A stretch of DNA of 51,422 nt from an uncultured bacterium. Its GTDB lineage: Bacteria; Actinomycetota; Actinomycetes; S36-B12; UBA10799. The stretch covers positions 1 to 51,422 of the forward strand of contig CBFGTA010000001.1 of NCBI GenBank assembly GCA_965651595.1, written 5' to 3'. This document shows, piece after piece, positions 34,414 to 42,025 of the stretch. Under the pieces are notes generated by a model, which saw only the letters and a program-made list of their open reading frames with translations, did no database searches and was not told the origin of the DNA. The translations under genes were made by a program, and so were the position numbers. How positions within the stretch are numbered: the first letter of the stretch is position 1; each line of letters opens with the position of its first letter.

Positions 34414-35640
34414 TTAGGTCGTCGGGGATTCGGTAGAGGCGGTGGCCTTCTTGGCCGGTTGTCTGCGGGCCGGAGTCTTGCGTGCTGCGGCGGGTGCTGC
34501 AGCTTTCTTGGCCGTCGCAGATGTTCGGGCCGGACTCCGGCGGGCTGGCGCCTTGGTGGCGGGCGCCTTCTTGGCTGCGGCGGCCTTGGCTGCGGGGGCT
34601 TTCTTAGCCGCCGGCGCCTTTCGGGCAGGGGTCTTCTTGGCGGGCGCCTGAGCGGCGGGAAGGGAATCGGAGACGAGTAGGGAGGCTCCAATCGCACCGC
34701 CGAGGTCGCCGAGTTCGGCCAACAGAACCTTGGGTGGGGACTGCGGCTTGATGAGGTGGGGCTGCGTGGCCGCCTCCACCTTGTCGACGAACGGTTGGCC
34801 GAGCCGGATACCGAGCCCCCCGCCGATGACCACGGCCTCAACGTCCGTGAGATTGACCGCTGATCCCACACCAGCCCCAAGGGCCCAGATCGCCCGATTG
34901 ACGAGCTTGGTGGCCATCTTGTCCTTGTGCTTGAGCGCTGAATACCAGACTCCACTGGCGAGGCGCGGCTTGCCCTTCTTCTTCATGATCTTGAAGAGGG
35001 AGGTCTTGTGGCCTTGTTTGACCCACTTGCGGGCCTGAATCTCCATCGCGGCTCGACCGGCATAGGCCTCCATGCAGCCGCTGCGACCGCAGGTGCAAGG
35101 AGCGCCCCCCTTGGCCTGAATGCACAGGTGACCGATCTCGCCAGCTGCTCCGCGGCCTAACCACATTTCGTCGTTGATGACCACTCCACCACCGACGCCG
35201 GTGCCGCAGAACACGCCCAGCATCGACGTGTAGGGCCGACCGGCTCCCAAGCGCAGTTCCGCTTTGACCGCCACCTGAACGTCGTTGGCGACGAACACCG
35301 GGACTCCGCCGAGACGTTTGCTCATCTCGGTGGTGAGTGGGTAGGTCAGCATCCAGCCGGGCAGGTTGCCAGCGTTGGAGACGGTGCCAGCCGAGGGGTC
35401 GACTTGACCCGGAGCACCAATTCCGGCCCCGGCGAGTAGAGAAAACTCGGCCCCGGCGTCACGCATTGCCGCCCGAACCGATTCGGCCATTTGGTCGGCT
35501 ACTCCGTCGGGTGTTCCGGTGGTGGGGGTGGGGCGTCGGTCCTGGCCGACGACCTTGTGGTTTTCGTCGACTACCACGGTTTGAATCTTCGTCCCACCGA
35601 GGTCGATGCCTGCTCTGAGCATGCGGCTGATCTCCTTCAT
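34414..35640 (-). CDS. ROK-family sugar kinase (glucokinase / GlcNAc-kinase-like) with a C-terminal Lys/Ala/Pro-rich histone-H1-like tail
   Basis: GIDLGGTKI (ATP-binding), FCGTGVGGG and the ROK zinc motif HLCIQAKGGAPCTCGRSGCMEAY are present. There is no N-terminal HTH. Residues of about 325-408 read AAQAPAKKTPARKAPAAKKAPAAKAAAAKKAPATKAPARR...AKKATAS. An alternative start at ATG 35622 is preceded by GAAGGAG. Confidence 0.85.
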   Translation of the reverse strand: MKEISRMLRAGIDLGGTKIQTVVVDENHKVVGQDRRPTPTTGTPDGVADQMAESVRAAMRDAGAEFSLLAGAGIGAPGQVDPSAGTVSNAGNLPGWMLTYPLTTEMSKRLGGVPVFVANDVQVAVKAELRLGAGRPYTSMLGVFCGTGVGGGVVINDEMWLGRGAAGEIGHLCIQAKGGAPCTCGRSGCMEAYAGRAAMEIQARKWVKQGHKTSLFKIMKKKGKPRLASGVWYSALKHKDKMATKLVNRAIWALGAGVGSAVNLTDVEAVVIGGGLGIRLGQPFVDKVEAATQPHLIKPQSPPKVLLAELGDLGGAIGASLLVSDSLPAAQAPAKKTPARKAPAAKKAPAAKAAAAKKAPATKAPARRSPARTSATAKKAAAPAAARKTPARRQPAKKATASTESPTT

Positions 35641-35719
35641 TCACATTCCCCGTAGGTGCGAGTCTGCCTCGGATTGGATCCTGATGCTTAGTTGGCGACC
35701 GATTTGCCGTATCGCAGCC

Positions 35720-37246
35720 CTAGCTAGAACGGTTGTCCGTGCCCGAGGATTCGACCTGCTCGGGCCATTTCCCGCCATTCACCCAGTACGCCTGAATATC
35801 GTCGAGGTCGCGGCCTTTCGTCTCGGGTGCCACCTTGAACACGAAGACCCAGGCGACGACAGCGAGTGCGGCAAACAGTCCGAAGGATCCGGCTCCGCCG
35901 ATCGTGGCCATCACCGTGAGGAAGAACTGCGCAATGAGCAGGTTGGCGAATAGGTCGGCACCGAGCATCATGCTGGAACCGTAGGCGCGCAGACGCGAAG
36001 GGAAGGATTCGGACGAGTACACCCAGACGAGGCTGCCGAAGCCGAACACGAATCCAATATTGATCAATGCCAGGCCAATGAATCCGGCCGTGATTTGCCA
36101 TCCGACGAGAGTGTCGCCTTCTTGGGACGCGAAGGTGATCACCATGATGATCTGTGCGACGATCATGATGGAGATTCCGCTGAGCAGAACGGGCCGGCGA
36201 CCCCAGCGGTCCACATAACGCATGGAGAACAGCACGGCGATCAGTGCAAACACCTGAACCAGCATCGACATCATGATGTTCTGGGTGTCGCTTTGGATTC
36301 CCATCGACTTGAAAATCTGGGGACCGTAGGTGACGGTCGCGTTGATGCCGGTTATCTGAATGAAGAAGCCCAAGACCAGCACGAACATGGTGGCCCGCCG
36401 GTACGGTTTCCTGAGCATCTCGCGCAGCGCCCCGCCTGTCTCCTCATCGTTGAGTCGTTTCAGGTTGGCGAGCTCTTCGGTGGGGTCGACAGTCGGATCA
36501 GTGCGCAGCATAGACGCGCGCGCATCGTCCCAGCGGTTCTTCATGGAGTACCAGCGGGCCGACTCCGGCAGCCGGAAGACGATCGGCAGAATAATCAACG
36601 CGGGCAGCGCGGCCAGGCCGAGCATGATTCGCCAGCTGGAATCCTCACCGCTGACCCAGAACGGATGATAGTGAGCGTAGGCGGCCCGGGTGGCTGCCTC
36701 GACTGCAGGCCCGGTGTCGTCTGGTCCCGGGCTGCCAGCAGACGCGGCGAGCACGAGAGAAAATCCGAGGCCGAGGATGATGCCAACCACGCACATCACC
36801 TGATACAGCACGAGGCTCTTGCCCCGAACTGCGGCCGGAATCGACTCGGCGACATAAACCGGAACCGCGATGAGAGAGATGCCGATGCAGAATCCAAGCA
36901 GTACCCGCGAGATGACGAGCATCTCCACATTGACTGAGAGTGCGCTGGCCAATGAGAACAGCACATAACCGGCGGCGAGCAAAACCATCGAACCCTTGCG
37001 GCCGATCTTGTTGATGAATATGCCACCGAGGACGGCGCCGACGAGTTCGCCCCACACCAACGAGGCGACCACCGTTTGGATGGTGCCATCACTGAGTCCC
37101 CAGTCGCGCTGCAGGTAGATCTGTGCACCGCCGATGACTCCACCGTCGTATCCATAGATGATGCCGAGCATGGCGGCGGTAGCCGTGATGATCACGACCG
37201 TCCTCGCCAGCTTACCCCCGGTTGCTGGACCGGCTGCTGTACTCAC
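35720..37246 (-). CDS. MFS sugar porter family transporter
   Basis: GRKGSMVLLAAG, PESARWY and PETKGR are sugar-porter signatures. The 508-aa product has 12 TMS. Confidence 0.9.
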   Translation of the reverse strand: MSTAAGPATGGKLARTVVIITATAAMLGIIYGYDGGVIGGAQIYLQRDWGLSDGTIQTVVASLVWGELVGAVLGGIFINKIGRKGSMVLLAAGYVLFSLASALSVNVEMLVISRVLLGFCIGISLIAVPVYVAESIPAAVRGKSLVLYQVMCVVGIILGLGFSLVLAASAGSPGPDDTGPAVEAATRAAYAHYHPFWVSGEDSSWRIMLGLAALPALIILPIVFRLPESARWYSMKNRWDDARASMLRTDPTVDPTEELANLKRLNDEETGGALREMLRKPYRRATMFVLVLGFFIQITGINATVTYGPQIFKSMGIQSDTQNIMMSMLVQVFALIAVLFSMRYVDRWGRRPVLLSGISIMIVAQIIMVITFASQEGDTLVGWQITAGFIGLALINIGFVFGFGSLVWVYSSESFPSRLRAYGSSMMLGADLFANLLIAQFFLTVMATIGGAGSFGLFAALAVVAWVFVFKVAPETKGRDLDDIQAYWVNGGKWPEQVESSGTDNRSS

Positions 37247-37312
37247 GTGGCCTCCCCGGAGAGCCTCGGTTCCTGTGCTCAGTCGTGTTGCCGTGCGGTT
37301 GTCGGACGGCCG

Positions 37313-37328
37313 ACTAGCCTCGACTAGT
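37313..37328. promoter_or_regulatory. 16-bp inverted repeat ACTAG-N6-CTAGT upstream of the sugar-porter gene (candidate operator)
   Basis: ACTAGCCTCGACTAGT lies 67-82 nt upstream of the transporter start (37246). It also contains GACTAG twice in direct orientation. Confidence 0.25.
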
Positions 37329-37354
37329 GATCGTTGTGCAAACGGGGCGGGATG

Positions 37355-38917
37355 TCATGTCGAACGGTTCTCGGAAGGAGCAATCTCGGCGAATGCACAG
37401 TGGACTCCGACGAGGGTGACATCGTCGCGGCGCCAGTCGACGGACCGGTCGCGGGCGGCCGACAAGACCGTCGGCACCCAGGCAGCTGGTTCGCGCGGAC
37501 CGGTGATGAGGGCCTGGGAGAGGTAGTGGTCGAGGCCGCCGTCGTCGAGCTGATCGTGGTCTCCGTTGCTACTTTCGGTCAGCCCATCGGTCCACAACGC
37601 GAGGAGATCGTCAGATTCGACGGGCAGTTGGCCGAGTTCCCATGTCCCACCGAGTTCGGACAGTAGCGGCCCCGTCAGGGTTAGGCTTGCTATACGTTGT
37701 TCGCCGCGCCAAACGCTCGGAGCCGGGTGTCCGGCGTTGAGCCATTCGAGCGTTCGTTGAGTCGGGTCAATGACGACGACGGCGAGAGTCGCGAAGTGGG
37801 CGTCATCGTTGGCGAACAGGGCCGCTGCCCGCCGGGCCAACTCCGACAACGATCCTCCTGCTTCCAGAACGCTACGGATGGTCAGCTTGAGTCGGAGTCC
37901 GGCGATTCCGGCGGCTGGGCCGTGGCCGGACACGTCCGTTATTGCCACGGCCGTTCGACCATCGGGCATCGCTATCGAGTCCCACCAGTCTCCCGCCAGC
38001 ACACCTTCGGCAGGTTGCATCTGGCCGAATATTTGCAGGCCGGGCGCCCAGGCCGTGTCGGGTCGAGACAGTTCTGCGCGAATCGCAGCCACGACAGGGC
38101 CCTCCTGGGCGAGGCCCTCCCGGGCCATCCGGGCCTCGTCGATTTCGGACACCAGTTGGCGACGCATGTGCTCGGCGTCCGCCCCGACTGCCAAGAGTTC
38201 AGGGGGTCCGTCAGGAATGATCGGCGTCTCATGGTCGCCTTCCTGGGCCACTCGACGCAGCTGTCTGCGGAGCCGGTCCAATGGGCCCAGAATCCACCAC
38301 TGGCTAGCCACCGCCGTCACGATCAGGCCCGCGAGCAGCAGTAAACCAGACACGGTCAGGGCGATGGATAGGTGGTTGGCGAAGGTGGCGAGTTGGTCGA
38401 ACTTGCTGCGCCGCTGATCGTCGATCCCGGTCTGCAGTACCCCGACGGCGTCTTCTAGCGCCTTGAACTGTTCAGCAGAAACAGGGGAGTTGAGCAGCGC
38501 ATGGGCCTGACGTGGATCTCCCTGGCGAACCTCACGAATAGCAGGCAGCGCGACCGTGTCGATCCACTGTTGCTGGATGGCGCGGGTTGCAGCGACGAAG
38601 TCGTCGACGATCGGGTAGTCGTCGCCGAGCAGATTCGTCAGTTCGTCGTAGTAGTCCTGCGACGCAGTGCGGGCTTGGCGGAATGGTGCCAGGCTGGCTG
38701 GCCGACCCGTGACGATGTAGTTGCGGACGCCTCGCTCAAGTTGTGGCACAGCGGCAGCCAGATCGTTCGCAACGTTTGAGGCTGGCTGCAGTTGCTGAGC
38801 GACTTGTTGGGCGCGGTCTTGAGCTTCTAGGAACTGGCTGCTGGTGGCGACTGCAGCCACGAGGAGGACGATGAACCCGACGATCGCCATAATCGTGACT
38901 CGGGTCCGCAGCCTCAC
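37355..38917 (-). CDS. Membrane sensor PP2C (SpoIIE-type) phosphatase with extracytoplasmic CHASE3-like domain and HAMP linker
   Basis: An N-terminal TM (VTIMAIVGFIVLLVAAVA) is followed by a helical sensor of about 160 aa (ERGVRNYIVTGRPASLAPF...). A second TM and a HAMP-like region (LDRLRRQLRRVAQ) come next, then the PP2C blocks AGDWWDSI and AITDVSGHGPAAG. Confidence 0.8.
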   Translation of the reverse strand: MRLRTRVTIMAIVGFIVLLVAAVATSSQFLEAQDRAQQVAQQLQPASNVANDLAAAVPQLERGVRNYIVTGRPASLAPFRQARTASQDYYDELTNLLGDDYPIVDDFVAATRAIQQQWIDTVALPAIREVRQGDPRQAHALLNSPVSAEQFKALEDAVGVLQTGIDDQRRSKFDQLATFANHLSIALTVSGLLLLAGLIVTAVASQWWILGPLDRLRRQLRRVAQEGDHETPIIPDGPPELLAVGADAEHMRRQLVSEIDEARMAREGLAQEGPVVAAIRAELSRPDTAWAPGLQIFGQMQPAEGVLAGDWWDSIAMPDGRTAVAITDVSGHGPAAGIAGLRLKLTIRSVLEAGGSLSELARRAAALFANDDAHFATLAVVVIDPTQRTLEWLNAGHPAPSVWRGEQRIASLTLTGPLLSELGGTWELGQLPVESDDLLALWTDGLTESSNGDHDQLDDGGLDHYLSQALITGPREPAAWVPTVLSAARDRSVDWRRDDVTLVGVHCAFAEIAPSENRST

Positions 38918-38992
38918 ATGCGCGAGGCTACAAGATTACGGCCTGGCGTGCCCTCCTCATGCAGTCACTGCACCGTTGCCCACGTACACCCG

Positions 38993-39622
38993 TCAGCGGT
39001 CGGCCTTGCGCTCCTTGCGAGGTGGTTTGCCGTTCTCCCAGAGGAACTTGGCGGGGTTGACTTGCTGCTTGCCTTTCAGAACCTCGAAGTGAAGGTGAGG
39101 CCCTGAGCTATTGCCGGTCGAGCCGACTTGACCGATGGACTGGCCGCGCTCGACCTTGTCGCCGGTGCTGACACCCATCGACGATAGGTGCGCGTACTTG
39201 GTGCGCAGGCCGTTGTCATGGCGGATGGTGATGACTTGGCCGTAGGCACCTTCCCACTCGGCCTGAACGACGGTACCGCTGTCTGCGGCGAGGACGGGAG
39301 TGCCAGACGAGGCGGCGAAGTCGAGACCGGTGTGTTGGCCTGAGCTCCAGCGGTGGCCGCTCTGACCGAAGTGTGCCGTGAGGGTATAACGCTTGGTGAT
39401 GGGGGAAGTCAGCGGCATGACCTTGGTCTTGGCGACCACGGGAGTGTCTGCGACCGTCTCGGGGATTGTGCCCTCGTAGGCGTGTGACGGTATCGAGGCG
39501 CCAGCGGTAATTGCTGCTGCGGCAATACTGGCCCCGACAGTCCTGACGATGATCTGCTGGCGCGTCATCGACGAGTGGTGCCGGTTGATGCGGCGGTCTC
39601 GGCGGGAACGTTCCTGCGACAT
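38993..39622 (-). CDS. M23-family metallopeptidase (secreted peptidoglycan endopeptidase)
   Basis: HTGLDFAA and GSTGNSSGPHLHFEV are M23 zinc-ligand blocks. A signal-like segment reads IVRTVGASIAAAAITAGAS. GGAGG lies 7 nt before ATG 39622, so the ORF-track start at 39658 is probably too long. Confidence 0.85.
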   Translation of the reverse strand: MSQERSRRDRRINRHHSSMTRQQIIVRTVGASIAAAAITAGASIPSHAYEGTIPETVADTPVVAKTKVMPLTSPITKRYTLTAHFGQSGHRWSSGQHTGLDFAASSGTPVLAADSGTVVQAEWEGAYGQVITIRHDNGLRTKYAHLSSMGVSTGDKVERGQSIGQVGSTGNSSGPHLHFEVLKGKQQVNPAKFLWENGKPPRKERKADR

Positions 39623-40001
39623 CGAGTGACCTCCAAGGGTATGCCACGCGCGGTTCATGCGGGGACTTCACTGCGGGAGATGGGCCACCAGAACGAGCGC
39701 CATAGGGACAGGCCTCGCTAGCTGCGGAATGCGGTGGCTGTGACGGGAGCGACGTACATGCGCTCCTGATGTAGTTGTTGCGCTGCGTCTTTCCCAGGTC
39801 AGGAGCTCATCAAAACCCGAGAAACGCACAAAACGGACGAATCGGCTGTGACTTGCCTCTCAGGCAGTAGCAGTGCAGCTGCAGCTGTAACCGGAGCGAC
39901 GGCGTATCGTGGGATCGGCAGCTAACGTACGCTGACTGGTGGCTTGGTGGGCCTCTCAGCCGTGCGTCACTAAACCCCGATCAGGGATAGGTGGTCCATC
40001 C

Positions 40002-41156
40002 ATGACACGTCCGCTGGGTCGGTCAGTACTGCGGTCGGCGCCGAGCTACCGGGCTGGCGCCCGAGCTGAAGGGCTTGCGGGATTGACTCCGTACAAGCTC
40101 TCTTCCAACGAAATGCCTCACGCCCCTCTACCGTCAGTAGCGCGAGCGCTCGACGCCGCCACCCAGGAAGTGAACCGCTATCCCGATCCGGCCAGCACAG
40201 AATTGCGGTCAGCCATCGCCGACTTCCACCAGGTCGAGCCCGACAACATCGCGGTGGCCACCGGTGCCGTGGCCCTGTGCTATCAGGTGGCGCTGTCGAC
40301 AGCAGTGGCCGATATTGGGAGTCAGGGGGATGGCCTTGCCGGAAACCCGGCAGAAATTGTCTTCGCGTGGCGTTCGTTCGAGGCGTATCCCATTGTGGCG
40401 GCAGTGGCCGGAGCTCGCCCCCGCCCGATCCCGTTGCGTGATGGATTCTCACACGACTTGTCGGCCATGGCTGCAGCAATCAACGAGCGCACCCGAGTCG
40501 TGTTCGTGTGCTCGCCCAACAATCCCACCGGAACTGTCGTGTCGGCCGCCGAATTTGATCATTTCATGCACCAGGTGCCCCCGCATGTCGTGGTCGTGCT
40601 CGATGAGGCCTACGGCGAGTATTGCCGGGACCGGCAAGCAGTCACGGGCGGACGCTTATTCGAAAAATGGCCCAACCTGCTGGCCTTGCGCACGTTCTCG
40701 AAAGCCTACGGCCTGGCGGGCCTACGGGTCGGATATGCGGTTGGCAACACCGAACTGGTGGAGGTGGTGAACGCGAGTGCATTGCCGTTTGGGGTGTCCG
40801 GACCAGCAAGCGCAGCGGCCGTCGCGTCGCTGGCCGCTGCCGCTGAACTAGGCGAACGGGTGGAAGCAACAGTCGCAGATCGCTCGGCCCTGGTCGTGGG
40901 ATTGCGGGAGCGAGGTTGGAACGTGCCCGATACCGAAGCCAATTTCGTGTGGCTACCCGTGGGTGAGTACACCGAACAACTGGTCGCGGCCTGCGATGCC
41001 CGAGCGTTGGCCGTGCGGGGATTCCCCGGGGAGGGCATTCGGGTGACAGTGGGTGAACCCGAGGCAGTGGCCCGCTTTCTCGCCACCATCGATGAGTTCA
41101 CCGACCACGTCATGACCCGTGGGGCTTCGCTCCACTCTCGGGTCACGAAAGGGTGA
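40002..41156 (+). CDS. Class I/II PLP aminotransferase (histidinol-phosphate / aromatic aminotransferase-like)
   Basis: YPDP, NPTGT, VVLDEAYGEY and TFSKAYGLAGLRVGY (PLP lysine) are present. The start is taken at ATG 40002 (MTRPLGRS...). Confidence 0.8.
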   Translation: MTRPLGRSVLRSAPSYRAGARAEGLAGLTPYKLSSNEMPHAPLPSVARALDAATQEVNRYPDPASTELRSAIADFHQVEPDNIAVATGAVALCYQVALSTAVADIGSQGDGLAGNPAEIVFAWRSFEAYPIVAAVAGARPRPIPLRDGFSHDLSAMAAAINERTRVVFVCSPNNPTGTVVSAAEFDHFMHQVPPHVVVVLDEAYGEYCRDRQAVTGGRLFEKWPNLLALRTFSKAYGLAGLRVGYAVGNTELVEVVNASALPFGVSGPASAAAVASLAAAAELGERVEATVADRSALVVGLRERGWNVPDTEANFVWLPVGEYTEQLVAACDARALAVRGFPGEGIRVTVGEPEAVARFLATIDEFTDHVMTRGASLHSRVTKG

Positions 41157-41159
41157 ATC

Positions 41160-41957
41160 ATGCCAACCATTAGCCTTGTTCAGCTGAAAGTCGACGCCTG
41201 CGAATCGCTCAACGAGCGCGTCAGCACGGCCGAGCGACTCATCGGGCAGGCCAGCGACGAGACCGAGTTGATCGTTTTGCCGGAACTTTGGCAGACGGGT
41301 CCGTTCTTGGTCGAACAGACTCTGCACCTCGCCCAACCCCTTGATGGGCCGTTCGTCGAAACTGTCTCCATGTGGGCGCGGGAGCGCGGGGCGTGGATTC
41401 ATGGCGGATCGTTCCTGGAACGCGACGGCAGCGACGTGTACAACACGGCCGTCTTGGTGAGTCCCGACGGGGACCTCGTTGCGCACTACCGCAAGATTCA
41501 CCGATTCGGCTTCGACGCTGGAGAAGCACGGGTACTGACGGCCGGGCGCGACGTTGTGTGCGTGGAAACACCGCTCGGGCGCACGGCGCTCGCTACCTGC
41601 TACGACCTGCGATTCCCGGAACTGTTTCGCGCTTTCGTTGACGCTGGCGCTACCGCGGTTGTCGTAGCCAGCGGGTGGCCCCTGGTTCGCAAGCAGGCGT
41701 GGTCGGTCATGGTGCAGTCACGAGCCATGGAGAACCAAATGTGGGTCGTCGGCTGCAACCAGGTCGGCAATCAAGGCGGGGTCGAACTCGGCGGGGACAC
41801 GGTCGTGGTGAGCCCGCGGGGCGATCGGATGGCCGAAGTTCATCCGAGCATCGCGTCGAATGTTCTGTGTGAAGCAACCATTGACCCTGACGAGCCAGCC
41901 GGGGTTCGCGCCAGCTTCCCGGCGCTCAAGGATCGCCGCACCGGCCTGTTTGCTTGA
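41160..41957 (+). CDS. Carbon-nitrogen hydrolase (nitrilase superfamily; omega-amidase-like)
   Basis: The E-K-C triad context is readable: LPELW, HYRKIHRF and ATCYDLRFPE. The gene starts 3 nt after the aminotransferase stop. Confidence 0.85.
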   Translation: MPTISLVQLKVDACESLNERVSTAERLIGQASDETELIVLPELWQTGPFLVEQTLHLAQPLDGPFVETVSMWARERGAWIHGGSFLERDGSDVYNTAVLVSPDGDLVAHYRKIHRFGFDAGEARVLTAGRDVVCVETPLGRTALATCYDLRFPELFRAFVDAGATAVVVASGWPLVRKQAWSVMVQSRAMENQMWVVGCNQVGNQGGVELGGDTVVVSPRGDRMAEVHPSIASNVLCEATIDPDEPAGVRASFPALKDRRTGLFA

Positions 41958-42025
41958 ACCGTGCCAGCACGTGCCAGCAGTGACTAGTTCCGTTTCCTGC
42001 AGGAGAAGAGCGGCTTCTTTCCGAA

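Noticed and set aside
34361-34420. Whether the 10-bp tandem repeat could be a CRISPR array.
   Set aside because: The units are directly abutting 10-mers with no spacers, far shorter than CRISPR repeats, and there are no cas genes in the window. It is a micro/minisatellite.
34341-34955. 204-aa minus-strand ORF rich in Arg/Pro (RRPPRRPLPERRRRLRKPPQPRPPQPRRRPPP) spanning the 10-bp repeat and the ROK tail.
   Set aside because: It is an alternative frame of the AKKA-tail coding DNA and the intergenic repeat. The ROK frame is continuous with a bona fide kinase domain, whereas this frame has no supporting domain.
41958-42025. Short duplication GTGCCAGCA-c-GTGCCAGCA between the convergent C-N hydrolase and copD-ctaG genes.
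   Set aside because: It is only 9 bp repeated twice, with no convincing hairpin or known motif, and is probably a trivial slippage duplication.
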